Origin: an uncultured Bacilli bacterium
Lineage (GTDB): Bacteria > Bacillota_I > Bacilli_A > RF39 > UBA660
DNA length: 64,000 bases
Direction: 5' to 3'
Assembly (NCBI GenBank): GCA_934120015.1
Contig: CAKOTD010000001.1
Location: 64,836-128,835, forward strand
Shown: positions 18,985 to 33,026 of the stretch, one piece after another
How the letters are laid out: every line of letters begins with the position of its first letter
How positions within the stretch are numbered: position 1 is the first letter of the stretch
Position numbers and translations under genes: made by a program
Notes under the pieces: generated by a model
What the model was told of the DNA's origin: nothing
Database searches by the model: none
What the model saw: the letters and a program-made list of their open reading frames with translations, nothing else

Positions 18985-20388
18985 TTATAATTCTTCTATT
19001 TTCATAAAATTAGTATGTTTTACTTTACTAAATGGATAACCTCCTGTAATAATAATTTTATCAGATTCGTTTGTTTTCATAATAGATTTAGTACATTTTT
19101 TAGCTATTTCTATTATGTCATCAAAACTACTTATCTCACTTATTAAAACAGGATAAACTCCATATCTTAAAGATAAATTTTTAATTACATCAACATTTGG
19201 ACTTAAAGCTATTACTGGACAATTTGGTCGGAAATGACTAAGTTTTTTTGCAGTATGACCACTAATTGTAGGAGATACTATAGCTAAACATTTTAACTTA
19301 TTAGCACATTCTACAACACTATAGGAAACTGCACTAGTAACATCTTTTCCATCATCTATATAATCTCTATTAAAGTTAGGCATTCCAGTTTCTGTTGCAT
19401 ATATAATTTTTTCTAAAATTTTAATTGTTTCAACAGGATATAAACCATTTGCAGTTTCATCAGACAATAGTATAACATCTGCTCCATCTATCACTGCATT
19501 TGAAACATCACTAACTTCAGCTCTTGTGGGCATTAAACTATTTTCCATAGAGGCTAAAAAATCCGTAGAAACAATCCCAATTTTACCTGCTTTTTTACAC
19601 TTACTAATTATATTTTTCTGAATGATTGGTACATCTTCCATTGGCACTTCTGTTCCTAAATCACCACGAGCAATAATTACTCCATCACAAATTTTGATAA
19701 TATCGTCTATTTCAGAAATTGCTTCTTCTTTTTCTATTTTGGCAAATATATCAATATGATCATTACCAGATTCTATAAGTAGATCATTTACACTTAATAC
19801 ATCATCATAGGTAGATACTAAGGAAAGTGCTAAAAAATCAAAATTATTTTTACAAGCAAATTTAATATCCTCTTTGTCTTTCTTATTTAGAAAAGGTACA
19901 TCTAGTTTTATATTTTTAACAGTAATATTTGAACCAGTTTCTATTTCACCAGGTATAATAACTTCACACAATAAGTAATTTGAACCAATTTCAATAACAC
20001 TAAGAACGATTTTTCCGTTATTAACCTTAATAATATCATTTGTCTTTAAATATTTTACTAGATTATAATTACTTGAAAATTTAGTTTTATCACCAATTAT
20101 ATCATCCATATATATTCTAATTTTATCACCTTGAGATAAATATGCTTTATTGTTTTCAATTTTTCCAACTTTAATTTCAGGTCCAGCTATATCCATCATT
20201 ATAGCTATTTTTTTGGAATATTCATCATTAAGTTTATTTATTTTATTAATAATATCTAAACAAAATTCATAACTACAATAACTCATATTAAATCTAGCAA
20301 CATCCATACCATTAGAAAATAAATCTCTTAAAACATTTATATCTAAACATGATTTACCCATCGTTACTATTACCTTAGTATTATTCAT
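18985..20388 (-). CDS. pyk: Pyruvate kinase
   Basis: IFAKIEKEEA, IARGDLGTEVP and MPTRAEVSDVSNAVIDGAD motifs. 467 aa, with no C-terminal PEP-utiliser extension. Confidence 0.9.
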   Translation of the reverse strand: MNNTKVIVTMGKSCLDINVLRDLFSNGMDVARFNMSYCSYEFCLDIINKINKLNDEYSKKIAIMMDIAGPEIKVGKIENNKAYLSQGDKIRIYMDDIIGDKTKFSSNYNLVKYLKTNDIIKVNNGKIVLSVIEIGSNYLLCEVIIPGEIETGSNITVKNIKLDVPFLNKKDKEDIKFACKNNFDFLALSLVSTYDDVLSVNDLLIESGNDHIDIFAKIEKEEAISEIDDIIKICDGVIIARGDLGTEVPMEDVPIIQKNIISKCKKAGKIGIVSTDFLASMENSLMPTRAEVSDVSNAVIDGADVILLSDETANGLYPVETIKILEKIIYATETGMPNFNRDYIDDGKDVTSAVSYSVVECANKLKCLAIVSPTISGHTAKKLSHFRPNCPVIALSPNVDVIKNLSLRYGVYPVLISEISSFDDIIEIAKKCTKSIMKTNESDKIIITGGYPFSKVKHTNFMKIEEL

Positions 20389-20429
20389 ATTATCACCATT
20401 ATAATTCTATCATATATATTTAATTTTAA

Positions 20430-20458
20430 CAACAAAAAACTCTTTACAAGAGTTTTGT
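20430..20458 (-). terminator. Rho-independent terminator after pyrG
   Basis: Perfect 9-bp stem AAAACTCTT / AAGAGTTTT with a 3-nt loop. A T-run follows on the minus strand. Confidence 0.65.
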
Positions 20459-20468
20459 TTGTTGTTAA

Positions 20469-22127
<1,659 letters not shown>

Positions 22128-22156
22128 CTATTGTATATAAAAAATGAATAAAAAAA

Positions 22157-22549
22157 TTAAATTTTATTCATCTTAGCAAGTACATTTCTCCATAATTCTT
22201 TCAAATTTTCATATGTCAATAGTTCTTCAACCTTGTTAATATCAACCCAAAAAGCCTCTAATAGTTCACTTTCTTGAATTACTATTTTCTTATTTAATGG
22301 CTTAGCAATAAAATATACCACCTCTTTTAAAATATTTTGATTAATAATATACTGCATAGTAAATTTCATTTGGGGGTCAATAATTACATCAATAGCGGTT
22401 TCTTCCTTTGTCTCACGAATAGCAGTTTCTACTTCTGATTCTTTTCCTTCAGTGTGACCTTTAGGGAACCCATAGAATCCTTGCTTTTGCTTAATTATTA
22501 ATACCTTGTTATCGTCTATAACAATCGTTCCACAAGATTTTTCTTTCAT
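22157..22549 (-). CDS. Nudix hydrolase
   Basis: Nudix box GFPKGHTEGKESEVETAIRETKEETAI. Confidence 0.85.
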   Translation of the reverse strand: MKEKSCGTIVIDDNKVLIIKQKQGFYGFPKGHTEGKESEVETAIRETKEETAIDVIIDPQMKFTMQYIINQNILKEVVYFIAKPLNKKIVIQESELLEAFWVDINKVEELLTYENLKELWRNVLAKMNKI

Positions 22550-22588
22550 AATTTACCACCTTTTACATAGATTATATCACAAATTCAA

Positions 22589-22612
22589 AGAAAAAGAACC
22601 TTTCGGTTCTTA
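22589..22612 (-). terminator. Rho-independent terminator after rpoC
   Basis: AGAACC-TTTC-GGTTCT hairpin. On the minus strand it reads AAGAACCGAAAGGTTCTTTTTC. Confidence 0.7.
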
Positions 22613-22613
22613 A

Positions 22614-25600
22614 TTAATCCATAAGTTCATTTTCAAGTGCTTCTAATGGTTCATCATCTAAAATTGGAAATTTTAAATCATATTCTGGATTTTTATAACT
22701 CTTAGCTCCAGTACCTGCTGGAATCAACTTACCAATAATAACATTCTCTTTAAGTCCACTTAAATGATCAATTTTTCCATGTATAGCTGCATCAGTAAGA
22801 ATTCTTGTAGTTTCTTGGAATGATGCTGCTGAAAGGAATGAATCTGTTTCAAGTGAAGCTTTAGTAATACCTAAAAGTACTGGTCTACCTGTAGCAGGTC
22901 TTTTTCCTTCAAGTATTAATTCCTTGTTTACATCAGTAAAATGATTAATGTTAACCATAGTTCCAGGTAAGAACAATGAATCACCTGAATTAATAATTTT
23001 AATTTTAGAAATCATACGCTTAGCCATTACTTCAACGTGCTTATCAGAAATATCAACACCTTGAGAACGATAAACTTTTTGTATTTCTTTCAATATATAT
23101 TGTTGAACAGTTATAGGATCTGTTACAGCAAGTAATTCTTTTGGTGAAATAGCACCATATGTTAAACGATCACCAGCTTTTACTTCTTCACCTTTTTCAA
23201 CAGTAAGTTTTGCTCCATAATTTGAAGTATGTTCTTTTGTTTCTACATCATTACGAACTGAAATAACAAATTTACCATTTTCTTCTTTTATTTCACTAAC
23301 TATACCATTTATCTCAGAAATTGTAGCTTTACCTTTTGGATTACGAGCTTCAAATAATTCTTGAACACGAGGTAAACCTTGAGTAATATCGTCTCCAGCA
23401 ACTCCACCAGTATTAAATGTACGCATTGTAAGTTGGGTACCTGGTTCACCAATTGATTGGGCAGCCATGATACCAACTGCTTCACCATTTTCAACAATAG
23501 CACCAGTTGCTAAGTTACGACCATAACATTTTCGACATACACCATGTTCTGTTTTACAAGTAAGAAGTGTTCTAATTGGAACTTTTGTAATACCTGCTTT
23601 AATAATTTTATCAGCAAGTGATTCAGTTATATAAGTATTTCTTTCACATATAACTTCCTTAGTTTCAGGATTAATAATCTTCTTATTAGAATATCTACCA
23701 ATTATACGATCAGCAAGTGATTCGATTGTTGTACCATCTTTTTCATTAATGAAAGCTTCTACAACAACACCAGATTCAGTACCACAATCCTCTTCCTTAA
23801 CAATTACATCTTGAGATACATCAACTAAACGCCTTGTCAAATAACCAGCATCTGCAGTTTTTAACGCTGTATCAACAGCTCCCTTACGGGCACCATGAAT
23901 TGATAAGAAGAATTCAGAAATACTAACACCTTCACTAAATGAAGATTCAACAGGTATTTCTTCTGGCATACCATTTGGCTTATTAAATAATCCACGCATA
24001 CCAACTAATTGAGTATGTGAACCAATATCACCACGGGCTTTACTCATCATCATCATAGATATTGGATTATCACTATCTTTTTTAACCATAGCTTCAAGCT
24101 CTTTTTGAATAGTCTTCTTAGCCTCTGTCCATATTTCAATAACTTTATCATAACGCTCTTTTTCTGTGATTAAACCACGCTTAAATTGTTTATTAATTTT
24201 ATCAACAAGAGCTTGACTTTCTTTCAATACTTCAGGCTTCTTTTCACTTTCTTTAATATCACTAATAGCAATACTAATTCCAGACAAAGTAGAATACTTA
24301 AAGCCTAAGTCTTTTAGTTTATCAAGCATAACAGAAGTTTCTGTAGTTTGATAACGTTTATAAATTTGAGCAATTAATTTACTAAGTACGCCTTTGTTAA
24401 ATGCTTCAACTAATGGCATTTTAGCAATTTCTTCTTTTATATTTACTCCTCGATTTAAGAAATATTTAGATGGTGTAATCTTTTCAATATTTTCAGAACT
24501 ACTATCATTAATATATTGGAATGTATCAGGGAAAATTTCGTTGAAAATTAACTTACCTGGTGTAGTTACCAAATATTTATCATGATAAGAATCTGGAAAT
24601 ATTTTATGTCTAAATCCACTTACAGGTAGCGCTATTCTTGTATGAAGAGTTATTTCTCTTCTTTCATAACTCATTAATGCTTCATTTGGATTCTTATATA
24701 CTCGTCCTTCTCCAGGAAGACCGGCTTTTTCTATTGTAATATAATAATTACCTAAAACCATATCTTGTGATGGAGTAACAATTGGTTTTCCATCCTTTGG
24801 AGACAAGATATTATTAGCTCCAAGCATTAATATACGTGCCTCTGCTTGAGCTTCCTCACTAATAGGTACATGCACAGCCATTTGGTCACCATCAAAATCG
24901 GCATTAAATGCTGCACAGGCAAGTGGATGAAGTCTTATTGATCTACCATTTATTAATTTTGGTTCAAATGCTTGAATACCAAGTCTATGAAGAGTTGGAG
25001 CACGGTTTAACATAACAGGATGTTCCTTGATTTTTTCCTCAACAATGTCCCAAACACGAGGATCTTGATTTTCAATCATTCTTTTTGCTGCCTTGATATT
25101 AGTAGCTATTTCTTTAGAAACTAATCCATTAATAACATGAGGTTTAAATAATTCAAGTGCCATTTCTTTCGGAATACCACATTCATACATCTTAAGAGAA
25201 GGTCCTACAACAATAACAGAACGACCAGAATAATCAACACGTTTACCAAGTAAGTTTTGACGGAAACGACCTTGTTTACCCTTTAACATACTTGACAATG
25301 ACTTAAGTGGTCTATTTCCGGCACCAATTATATTACGACCTCTACGACCATTATCAAATAAAGCATCTACTGCTTCTTGAAGCATACGCTTTTCATTTTG
25401 AATAATAATTGATGGGGCACCTAATTCCATAAGTTTTTTCAAACGATTATTACGATTTATAACACGACGATATAAATCATTTAAATCACTAGTTGCAAAT
25501 CTTCCACCATCTAGTTGAATCATTGGTCTAAGTTCAGGTGGAATGACTGGAAGAACATCCAAAATCATCCATTCAGGCTTATTTCCTGATTCATAGAAAG

Positions 25601-26249
25601 CATTAAGAACATCTAATCTCTTAATTAAACGAATTCTTTTTTGAGATGTTGCATCTTTAATATCTTCTATTTCTTTCTTAATCTCATTAACTTCTTTTTC
25701 AATATCAACTTGCATAAGTAATTCTTTAATAGCTTCGGCACCCATACCTACTCTAAAAGAACTACCATATTTTTCATAATAACTTCTATACTCTTTGTCA
25801 CTCATGATTTGTTTTTTTTCTAAAGGCGCAGCACCTGGATCCAAAACAACATAAGAAACAAAGTATAAAACTTCCTCTAAGTCTCTTGGTGACATATCAA
25901 GAACAAGACCCATTCTTGATGGTACACCTTTAAAGAACCAGATGTGAGAAACAGGAGTTGCAAGTTCAATGTGTCCCATGCGTTCACGACGTACCTTAGA
26001 ACGAGTAACTTCAACCCCACATCTATCACAAACAATATTTTTATATCTTAATCTTTTATATTTACCACAGGCACATTCATAGTCCTTTGTTGGCCCAAAT
26101 ATTTTTTCACAGAACAAGCCATCTCTTTCTGGTCTTAGTGTACGATAATTTATAGTTTCTGGTTTTTTAACTTCTCCATAAGACCAAGATCTTATTTTTT
26201 CGGGAGAAGCAATAGATATTTTAATTCCTTCAAAATTATTTACATTCAC
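22614..26249 (-). CDS. rpoC: DNA-directed RNA polymerase subunit beta'
   Basis: NADFDGDQM catalytic motif and an N-terminal zinc-binding Cys cluster. GTG start overlaps the rpoB stop by 1 nt (TAGTG). Confidence 0.97.
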   Translation of the reverse strand: MNVNNFEGIKISIASPEKIRSWSYGEVKKPETINYRTLRPERDGLFCEKIFGPTKDYECACGKYKRLRYKNIVCDRCGVEVTRSKVRRERMGHIELATPVSHIWFFKGVPSRMGLVLDMSPRDLEEVLYFVSYVVLDPGAAPLEKKQIMSDKEYRSYYEKYGSSFRVGMGAEAIKELLMQVDIEKEVNEIKKEIEDIKDATSQKRIRLIKRLDVLNAFYESGNKPEWMILDVLPVIPPELRPMIQLDGGRFATSDLNDLYRRVINRNNRLKKLMELGAPSIIIQNEKRMLQEAVDALFDNGRRGRNIIGAGNRPLKSLSSMLKGKQGRFRQNLLGKRVDYSGRSVIVVGPSLKMYECGIPKEMALELFKPHVINGLVSKEIATNIKAAKRMIENQDPRVWDIVEEKIKEHPVMLNRAPTLHRLGIQAFEPKLINGRSIRLHPLACAAFNADFDGDQMAVHVPISEEAQAEARILMLGANNILSPKDGKPIVTPSQDMVLGNYYITIEKAGLPGEGRVYKNPNEALMSYERREITLHTRIALPVSGFRHKIFPDSYHDKYLVTTPGKLIFNEIFPDTFQYINDSSSENIEKITPSKYFLNRGVNIKEEIAKMPLVEAFNKGVLSKLIAQIYKRYQTTETSVMLDKLKDLGFKYSTLSGISIAISDIKESEKKPEVLKESQALVDKINKQFKRGLITEKERYDKVIEIWTEAKKTIQKELEAMVKKDSDNPISMMMMSKARGDIGSHTQLVGMRGLFNKPNGMPEEIPVESSFSEGVSISEFFLSIHGARKGAVDTALKTADAGYLTRRLVDVSQDVIVKEEDCGTESGVVVEAFINEKDGTTIESLADRIIGRYSNKKIINPETKEVICERNTYITESLADKIIKAGITKVPIRTLLTCKTEHGVCRKCYGRNLATGAIVENGEAVGIMAAQSIGEPGTQLTMRTFNTGGVAGDDITQGLPRVQELFEARNPKGKATISEINGIVSEIKEENGKFVISVRNDVETKEHTSNYGAKLTVEKGEEVKAGDRLTYGAISPKELLAVTDPITVQQYILKEIQKVYRSQGVDISDKHVEVMAKRMISKIKIINSGDSLFLPGTMVNINHFTDVNKELILEGKRPATGRPVLLGITKASLETDSFLSAASFQETTRILTDAAIHGKIDHLSGLKENVIIGKLIPAGTGAKSYKNPEYDLKFPILDDEPLEALENELMD

Positions 26250-29200
26250 TATTCCTCATCCTCCCCAAATTCACCATCAAAACTTTCATCAAAGTCTTCT
26301 TCAAGGTTATCTTCAAATTCTTCTTCATAATCGTCTTCAAATTCTTCTTCACTATCTTCTTCATAATCAGAATCTGGCTCATTAGATATTTCTTCTAAAT
26401 TTGGAGCTTCTTCAAACTCTTCACCATTTAAGAAACTATCTTTTTCTTGTTCTTCTAAATCTTTAAGTTCAGAGAAATTACCATTTTCATCCATTACAGT
26501 AATATCTAATCCTAAAGCTTGGAATTCTTTGATTAATACTCTAAATGATTCTGGAATGCCTGGTGTTGGAATTTCTTCACCTTTAACTAAAGCTTCATAT
26601 ACTTTAACACGACCAATAACATCATCTGATTTAACAGTCATCATTTCTTGTAGTACATGAGCAGCACCATATGCATAAAGTGCCCAAACTTCCATTTCAC
26701 CAAATCTCTGGCCACCAAATTGAGCTTTACCACCAAGAGGTTGCTGTGTAACAAGGGAATAAGGTCCTGTAGAACGAGCATGCAACTTATCATCAACCAT
26801 GTGATGCAACTTAATCATGTACATAACTCCGACACTTATACGATTATCAAATGCTTCACCAGTACGACCATCATATAATACAGCTTTTCCATCTTCTGGA
26901 AGTCCTGCTTCCTTTAAAGCATCAATAATTTCTTCACGAGTAGCACTAGAGAAAACAGGTGTAGCAACATGTATATTAAGCGTTTTAGCAGCCATTCCTA
27001 AGTGCATTTCAAGAATTTGTCCAATATTCATACGAGAAGGAACACCAAGTGGGTTAAGTAAAATATCTACAGGTCTACCATCTTCCATATATGGCATATC
27101 CTCTTCAGGTAAAATTAATGAAATAACACCTTTATTACCATGACGACCAGCCATCTTATCTCCAACAGATATTTTACGCTTTTGAGCTATGTAAACACGA
27201 ACCATTTTTGATACACCAGCAGGAAGTTCATCTGTATCTTCCTTTGTAAAGATTTTTACATCATGTACAATTCCTTCTCCTCCATGAGGAACACGAAGAG
27301 ATGTATCTCTAACTTCACGGGTTTTTTCACCAAATATGGCATGTAGCAATTTTTCTTCACTAGTAAGTTCAGCCATTCCTTTTGGAGTAACTTTACCAAC
27401 TAAAATATCATCATCTTTAACCTCTGTACCAATTCTTATGATACCATTTTCATCCAAATTTTTACGAGCTTCTTCACCAACATTTGGTATATCTCTTGTG
27501 AATTCTTCTGGTCCAAGTTTAGTATCACGACATTCAATTTGATAATCTTCAATATGAATAGATGTATACACATCATCTTTAACTAATCTTTCATTTAAAA
27601 TTACAGCATCCTCATAATTATAACCATCGTAATTCATAAATGCTACTGTAACATTTTTACCAAGAGCCATTTCACCCTTATCTGTACTTGGTCCATCAGC
27701 AATTACCATATCTTTTGTAACTTTATCTCCAAGTCTCACAATTGGCACTTGATGATAGCATGTACCAGCATTGCTTCTTTCAAAACCATTTAAATAGTAA
27801 GTATCATTTCCACCTACGGTTTTTACAATAATCTTTTTAGCATCAACATATTCAACAATACCATCAGCCTTAGCCATAATAACTGCTCCTGAATCTTTTG
27901 CAGCTATTGCTTCAATTCCAGTTCCAACGAGTGGAGCTTCTGCTTTTAATAATGGAATTGCTTGACGTTGCATGTTTGCTCCCATCAAAGCTCTTTTACC
28001 ATCATCGTGTTCAAGGAATGGAATACCTTGAGTAGTAATAGAAACAACTTGTTGTGGAGAAACATCAGCAAAATCAACTTGTGATGGTTCAACAATAACG
28101 TTCTCACCACGGTAACGAACCGCAATACGTTCATCAATTAGTTCATTTTCTTCATTAACCTTAACAGTAGCTTGTGAAATATAATAATCTAATTCTTCAT
28201 CAGCTGTCATATAAACAACTTCATCAGTTAATTTCTTGTCTACTACTTTTCTATATGGAGTCATAATAAAACCATAATCATTTACTCTTGCATAAGAAGC
28301 AAGTGAAGTAATAAGCCCAATGTTTGGTCCTTCTGGTGTTTCGATAGGACAAAGTCTACCATAATGTGAAGGATTAACATCACGAACATCCATACCAGCT
28401 CTATCACGAGAAAGTCCACCTGGTCCTAAAGAAGAAAGTCTTCTCTTGTTAGATAATTCGGCAATAGGATTTGTTTGATCCATAAATTGTGATAATTGAC
28501 TACTACCAAAGAATTCTTTAATAGCTGCAGTAAGTGGTCTAATATTAATAAGTGATTTTGGAGTTACTTCACCAATATCTTGAGTAGACATTCTATCTCT
28601 AATAACCCTTTCAATACGAGAAACACCTATTCTAAATTGATTTTGTAAAAGTTCCCCTACCTGACGAACACGTCTATTAGATAAATGATCAATTTCATCA
28701 TAATTACCAATACCAGATAATAAATTTAAATAATATGATACAGCTGCATATATATCAGAAATAGTAAGTCTCTTAACATCAATAGTCTGATCATTTCCTA
28801 TAATGTTAATTATTCTATTAGAATCAGTTTTATCATATACTCTAATAATCTGTACTTTGTTAAAAGTATCTAATTCAGTATTAGTTGGAACTTCCTTGAC
28901 TCCGTAACCATTTTCCATTATTTCTTTTAATTTTTCTAAAATGTCCTTAGTAATGATTGTTCCTTCTTCAAATAATACTTCACCATTTATAGTAATATTT
29001 TCAGCTAATTTTAATCCAAGTAAACGATCACAAACATTTAATTTTTTATTAAATTTATAACGTCCTACTTTTGCTAAGTCATAGCGGAAAGAATCAAAAA
29101 ATCTAGTAATTAATTGGTTCTTAGCACTATCTAAAGTAGAAGGTTCACCAGGTCTTAATTTTGAATGAATATCAATTAAAGCCTCATCTGTATTCTTGTT

Positions 29201-29875
29201 AGTATCTTTTTCAATTGTCTTTGCTAGATAAGCATCTTCACCAAATAAATCAATTATGTCTTGATCATTTGATAATCCTACAGCTCTAAGTAATGTAGTA
29301 ACTGGAACTTTTCTAGTTCTATCAATACGAACATAAATTACATCCCTGGCATCAGTTTCAAATTCAAGCCATGTTCCCCTTGTAGGTATAATTTGTGAAG
29401 AAACCACTAGTCTACCATTTTTATCTATATTTTTAGTAAAATATACGCTAGGAGAACGAACTAATTGAGATACAATTACACGTTCAGCACCATTTATAAT
29501 AAATGTTCCTGAATCGGTCATAATTGGAAGATCTCCTAAATAAATTTCCTGCTCCTTTACTTCACCAGTTTCACCATTAAATAGTCTTGTTTCGACTTTC
29601 AAAGGTGCTGCATAAGTAGCATATCTTTCCTTGCATCCTTTAATAGAATATCTAGGTTCTTCAAAAGAATAATTACCAAATTCAAGAGTCAGATTACCAG
29701 TAAAACTCTCAACTGGGGAAATGTCTTTAAACACTTCTTCTATTCCTTCACTGATAAACCAATCATAAGATTTTTTTTGAATCTCAAGTAAGTTGTTCAA
29801 CTGAATTGCATTTTTAGTTTTTGCATAACTTCTTCTTTCACGGTGATCACCAAATTTTTTAACAGTATAAGCCAC
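26249..29875 (-). CDS. rpoB: DNA-directed RNA polymerase subunit beta, with long acidic C-terminal tail
   Basis: Conserved beta-subunit blocks ([22 protein letters not shown]). GTG start after GGGGTG. The last ~68 residues are almost entirely D/E/F. Confidence 0.97.
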   Translation of the reverse strand: MAYTVKKFGDHRERRSYAKTKNAIQLNNLLEIQKKSYDWFISEGIEEVFKDISPVESFTGNLTLEFGNYSFEEPRYSIKGCKERYATYAAPLKVETRLFNGETGEVKEQEIYLGDLPIMTDSGTFIINGAERVIVSQLVRSPSVYFTKNIDKNGRLVVSSQIIPTRGTWLEFETDARDVIYVRIDRTRKVPVTTLLRAVGLSNDQDIIDLFGEDAYLAKTIEKDTNKNTDEALIDIHSKLRPGEPSTLDSAKNQLITRFFDSFRYDLAKVGRYKFNKKLNVCDRLLGLKLAENITINGEVLFEEGTIITKDILEKLKEIMENGYGVKEVPTNTELDTFNKVQIIRVYDKTDSNRIINIIGNDQTIDVKRLTISDIYAAVSYYLNLLSGIGNYDEIDHLSNRRVRQVGELLQNQFRIGVSRIERVIRDRMSTQDIGEVTPKSLINIRPLTAAIKEFFGSSQLSQFMDQTNPIAELSNKRRLSSLGPGGLSRDRAGMDVRDVNPSHYGRLCPIETPEGPNIGLITSLASYARVNDYGFIMTPYRKVVDKKLTDEVVYMTADEELDYYISQATVKVNEENELIDERIAVRYRGENVIVEPSQVDFADVSPQQVVSITTQGIPFLEHDDGKRALMGANMQRQAIPLLKAEAPLVGTGIEAIAAKDSGAVIMAKADGIVEYVDAKKIIVKTVGGNDTYYLNGFERSNAGTCYHQVPIVRLGDKVTKDMVIADGPSTDKGEMALGKNVTVAFMNYDGYNYEDAVILNERLVKDDVYTSIHIEDYQIECRDTKLGPEEFTRDIPNVGEEARKNLDENGIIRIGTEVKDDDILVGKVTPKGMAELTSEEKLLHAIFGEKTREVRDTSLRVPHGGEGIVHDVKIFTKEDTDELPAGVSKMVRVYIAQKRKISVGDKMAGRHGNKGVISLILPEEDMPYMEDGRPVDILLNPLGVPSRMNIGQILEMHLGMAAKTLNIHVATPVFSSATREEIIDALKEAGLPEDGKAVLYDGRTGEAFDNRISVGVMYMIKLHHMVDDKLHARSTGPYSLVTQQPLGGKAQFGGQRFGEMEVWALYAYGAAHVLQEMMTVKSDDVIGRVKVYEALVKGEEIPTPGIPESFRVLIKEFQALGLDITVMDENGNFSELKDLEEQEKDSFLNGEEFEEAPNLEEISNEPDSDYEEDSEEEFEDDYEEEFEDNLEEDFDESFDGEFGEDEE

Positions 29876-29947
29876 AATTTCACCCCTATAACTATATTAA
29901 ATAAAAGCATATAAACGTATAAAATAAGTATACGTCACCAATTTATA

Positions 29948-29976
29948 ATTTTATCAAATAAAGTACAACTTGTCAA
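29948..29976 (-). promoter_or_regulatory. Predicted promoter upstream of rpoB
   Basis: On the minus strand TTGACA, a 17-nt spacer, then TAAAAT, immediately after the methyltransferase stop. Confidence 0.5.
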
Positions 29977-30558
29977 TTAATTGTAAGCACAAATTACAAA
30001 AAAACCTTTATTTTTTTTAACAAGTTCAACTTTATATACTTTTTCTAAATCCCTCATGACAGATTTAGCTCCTTGATCTTTGTTTATAACAAAATATAAC
30101 TTGCCATGATCATTCAAATACTCCTTTGCACCCAATAAGATTTCATACAACTTTTCTTTGCCAACTCTTATTGGTGGATTAGTTATGATATAATCATATT
30201 TTTTTATTATGTTTTCATAGGCATTGCTTAAAAATATATTCACATTTTGCATATTTAATTTAGCATTTTTTTCACAAAGTTTTAAACTTCTTTCATTTAC
30301 ATCTACCATATCAACTAATACATTATATGTACTCTTTAGGTAAATACCTATTGGACCATAACCGCAGCCAATATCCAAAACGCTTCCCTCAAGTCTTTCC
30401 GGAAGAGACTCGAGTAAAGTTCTAGTCCCAAAGTCCAAACCTTTCTTTGAAAACACACCATTGTCTGTATAAAAAGAAAAACTCTTGTTGTTAATACAAA
30501 CATTAATTTTCTTTTCATCTCTTTTTAAATTTCTATCATTTTCAAAATATTGACTCAT
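29977..30558 (-). CDS. Class I SAM-dependent methyltransferase (RsmC/YbxB-like)
   Basis: Motif I VLDIGCGYGPIG and motif IV ITNPPIRVGK. Same position as B. subtilis ybxB, between rplL and rpoB. Confidence 0.8.
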   Translation of the reverse strand: MSQYFENDRNLKRDEKKINVCINNKSFSFYTDNGVFSKKGLDFGTRTLLESLPERLEGSVLDIGCGYGPIGIYLKSTYNVLVDMVDVNERSLKLCEKNAKLNMQNVNIFLSNAYENIIKKYDYIITNPPIRVGKEKLYEILLGAKEYLNDHGKLYFVINKDQGAKSVMRDLEKVYKVELVKKNKGFFVICAYN

Positions 30559-30588
30559 TTTAAACCTCTGTTTTACACAAATGATTAA

Positions 30589-30617
30589 AGCCCATACTAA
30601 TTATATTAGTATAGGCT
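30589..30617 (-). terminator. Hairpin (partial terminator/attenuator) between rplL and the methyltransferase gene
   Basis: 13-bp stem AGCCCATACTAAT / ATTAGTATAGGCT with one mismatch. The trailing T-run is weak. Confidence 0.45.
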
Positions 30618-30635
30618 AATCATATTTTGTTTAAA

Positions 30636-31001
30636 TTATTTTAATTCAATTGTAGCGCCAGCTTCTTCAAATTTAGCTTTCATTTCATTAGCTTCATCTG
30701 TAGAAACATTTTCTTTAATAACTCCACCATTATCAGCAAGTGCTTTAGATTCACCTAAACCTAAACCAGTAATTTCTTTGATTAATTTGATAACAGCTAA
30801 CTTATTAGCACCAGCTTCTTTTAATGTAACATTAACTGAGCTTGGTCCTTCTTCAACAGCAGCAACTGGAGCAGCAGCTACAGCTACAGCACTTGGATCT
30901 ACTCCAAATTCCTCTTTCATAGCGTCAACTAATTCTTTAACTTCAAGAATTGTCATTTCTTTAATTGAATCAATAATTTCTTTAGTACTTAATTTTGCCA
31001 T
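30636..31001 (-). CDS. rplL: 50S ribosomal protein L7/L12
   Basis: 121 aa with an Ala/Val-rich hinge and a conserved C-terminal domain ending in EEAGATIELK. Confidence 0.95.
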   Translation of the reverse strand: MAKLSTKEIIDSIKEMTILEVKELVDAMKEEFGVDPSAVAVAAAPVAAVEEGPSSVNVTLKEAGANKLAVIKLIKEITGLGLGESKALADNGGVIKENVSTDEANEMKAKFEEAGATIELK

Positions 31002-31023
31002 TTTATATTCCTCCCTTAATTAA

Positions 31024-31515
31024 CTATTTTTCTAAATTTTGACTATGTAAGTCAAGACAAATTGCAAAATCTTTAACAGTTTGTAATAAACCGCCAGCAA
31101 ACATTGTAAGTAATTGTTCTCTTGATGGGATACTTGCTAAAGTATTTAATGTAGCTGCATCAGCAACATTTCCATCAACAAAACCAATTTTCATTTCTAA
31201 TTTATTAGTTTTCTTTGCAAACTCACTTAATACTTTAAGCGGAGCAATTGCATCACTACCAAAAGCTAAAGCCTTAGGTCCTTCTAATTCTGCATTAAAA
31301 TCAATATTTAAAGCATCCATAGCTCTTTTCATCAAAGTATCTTTGTAGATTTTGAAATCAGAACCTGTTTCCCTTAATTTTCTTCTAAGTTCATTAGTTT
31401 CTGCAACTGTAAGTCCTTGATTTTCAACAAGTACAAAGCAATTTGAATCTTTTGCTTTTGAAACAATTTCATTTACGATTTGTTGTTTTCCTTCAATTAT
31501 CTTTTGATTTGCCAT
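31024..31515 (-). CDS. rplJ: 50S ribosomal protein L10
   Basis: 163 aa. Position and sequence are typical of L10. Confidence 0.95.
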   Translation of the reverse strand: MANQKIIEGKQQIVNEIVSKAKDSNCFVLVENQGLTVAETNELRRKLRETGSDFKIYKDTLMKRAMDALNIDFNAELEGPKALAFGSDAIAPLKVLSEFAKKTNKLEMKIGFVDGNVADAATLNTLASIPSREQLLTMFAGGLLQTVKDFAICLDLHSQNLEK

Positions 31516-31672
31516 ATTACACCTCCTATTTTCCTAGTGTAATACCGTAAAAAAATCCCTACTAATTCCGTAGGGATTCCAAAACTTATATAAATAAGTT
31601 CCTCGGTAGGAAATTAAGCATCACTGCACCTACTGTCTACGGCACCATATATTTCTTTCAAAACAATTGTAT
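31516..31672 (-). promoter_or_regulatory. L10 (rplJ) leader with attenuator terminator
   Basis: The promoter TTGACA-17-TATAAT straddles the rplA 3' end. The leader contains GGTGCCGTAGACAGTAGGTGC. The hairpin AATCCCTAC-GGAATTAG-TAGGGATT plus a T-run sits just before the rplJ RBS. This matches the Firmicutes L10-leader layout as I recall it. Confidence 0.65.
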
Positions 31673-31688
31673 TATAGCATAGTATTAA

Positions 31689-32384
31689 TTAATTGTCAAA
31701 ACAATTTGAATCAATTTTAATTCCAGGACCCATTGTAGTAGAAACTGAAATGTTTTTAACATATTTGCCTTTTACTGTAGATGGTTTTAATTTTAAAATT
31801 AGTGATACGAAAGCATCTAAGTTTTCAACTAATTTATTGCTGTCAAAAGAAACCTTCCCAATAATTGCATGTACATTTCCATAACTATCAGTACGATATT
31901 CAACGCGTCCTTTTTTTACTTCTGTAACAGCTTTTTTAGTATCAACAGTTACAGTCCCAGTTTTTGGATTTGGCATTAAACCTTTTGGTCCTAATATCTT
32001 ACCAATTTTACCAAGAGCTGGCATCATGTCTGGAGTAGCTATCATAACATCAAAATCAAACCAATTTTCTTTTTCAATTTTTTCTAGCATATCAGCATCC
32101 CCAACATAATCAGCACCTGCCTCAGTAGCAGCCTTTGCTGCATCACCTTTAGCAATAACTAAAACTCTTTTAGTCTTTCCAGTACCATTTGGTAATACTA
32201 ATGCTCCTCTTAATTGTTGATCTGCTTTTTTAGTATCAAGATTTAATCTCATTGCTACTTCAACAGAAGCATCAAACTTTGTAGTTGATGTTTTTTTAAG
32301 AAGTTCCATAGCTTCTTCTTTAGTATATAATTTGTTTTTTTCTACTAATTCACTAGCAGCTACATACTTTTTACTTTTTTTCAT
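31689..32384 (-). CDS. rplA: 50S ribosomal protein L1
   Basis: I moved the start to MKKSKKY (ATG 32384 after AGGAGG). Typical L1 sequence. Confidence 0.95.
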   Translation of the reverse strand: MKKSKKYVAASELVEKNKLYTKEEAMELLKKTSTTKFDASVEVAMRLNLDTKKADQQLRGALVLPNGTGKTKRVLVIAKGDAAKAATEAGADYVGDADMLEKIEKENWFDFDVMIATPDMMPALGKIGKILGPKGLMPNPKTGTVTVDTKKAVTEVKKGRVEYRTDSYGNVHAIIGKVSFDSNKLVENLDAFVSLILKLKPSTVKGKYVKNISVSTTMGPGIKIDSNCFDN

Positions 32385-32454
32385 TCTTACCTCCTTGTGG
32401 TATATTAGCGGATTTTTTCCTCCCACATAAGTGATTTACCTATATGTTTTATAA

Positions 32455-32880
32455 CTATTCAGTTACTTCTATACCCATGTTTCTTGCTGTACCTTCAACA
32501 ATACGCATAGCTTCTTCTACTTCATAGCAATTTAAATCTGGCAACTTAGTTTCAGCAATTTCTTTAACTTGTGCCTTTGTTAGCTTTCCAACAACTTCTT
32601 TAGATCCTTTTGTAGACCCTTTAGAAACTTTTGAATATTTTTTAACTAAAAATGCTGTTGGTGGAGTCTTAATTACAAAATCGAAAGTTCTGTCTTCATA
32701 TACAGTTATTTCAACTGGTAATATATCTCCCATTTTATCTTTAGTTGCATCATTATACTTAGTACAGAATTCACCTAAGTTAATACCTGCAGGTCCTAAC
32801 ATTGTTCCAACTGGTGGAGCAGGTGTTGCCTTTCCAGCAGGAAGTTGCAACTTTAATTGTTTAGTAATTTTTTTTGCCAC
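32455..32880 (-). CDS. rplK: 50S ribosomal protein L11
   Basis: I moved the start to GTG 32880 (AKKITKQ) after AGGAGG. PAGKATPAPPVGTMLGPAGIN motif. Confidence 0.95.
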   Translation of the reverse strand: MAKKITKQLKLQLPAGKATPAPPVGTMLGPAGINLGEFCTKYNDATKDKMGDILPVEITVYEDRTFDFVIKTPPTAFLVKKYSKVSKGSTKGSKEVVGKLTKAQVKEIAETKLPDLNCYEVEEAMRIVEGTARNMGIEVTE

Positions 32881-33026
32881 GAAAAACACCTCCTATATTT
32901 TTTTTCGCGAGTGGTTCATCCGCTTATAATGCTCCCACTTAATAATCTATATTCAAACAATATAGCTAATTAATAATAACACATAATACTTAATTTGTAA
33001 ATATTTTTTAGTGACAGAAAATAAAA

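Noticed and set aside
32890-32960. Possible L1-binding autoregulatory leader upstream of rplK (AAGTGGGAGC...CCACTCGCG followed by an A-run).
   Set aside because: Only a 5-bp stem is evident, and I cannot verify resemblance to the L1 rRNA site without an alignment. It is too weak to call.
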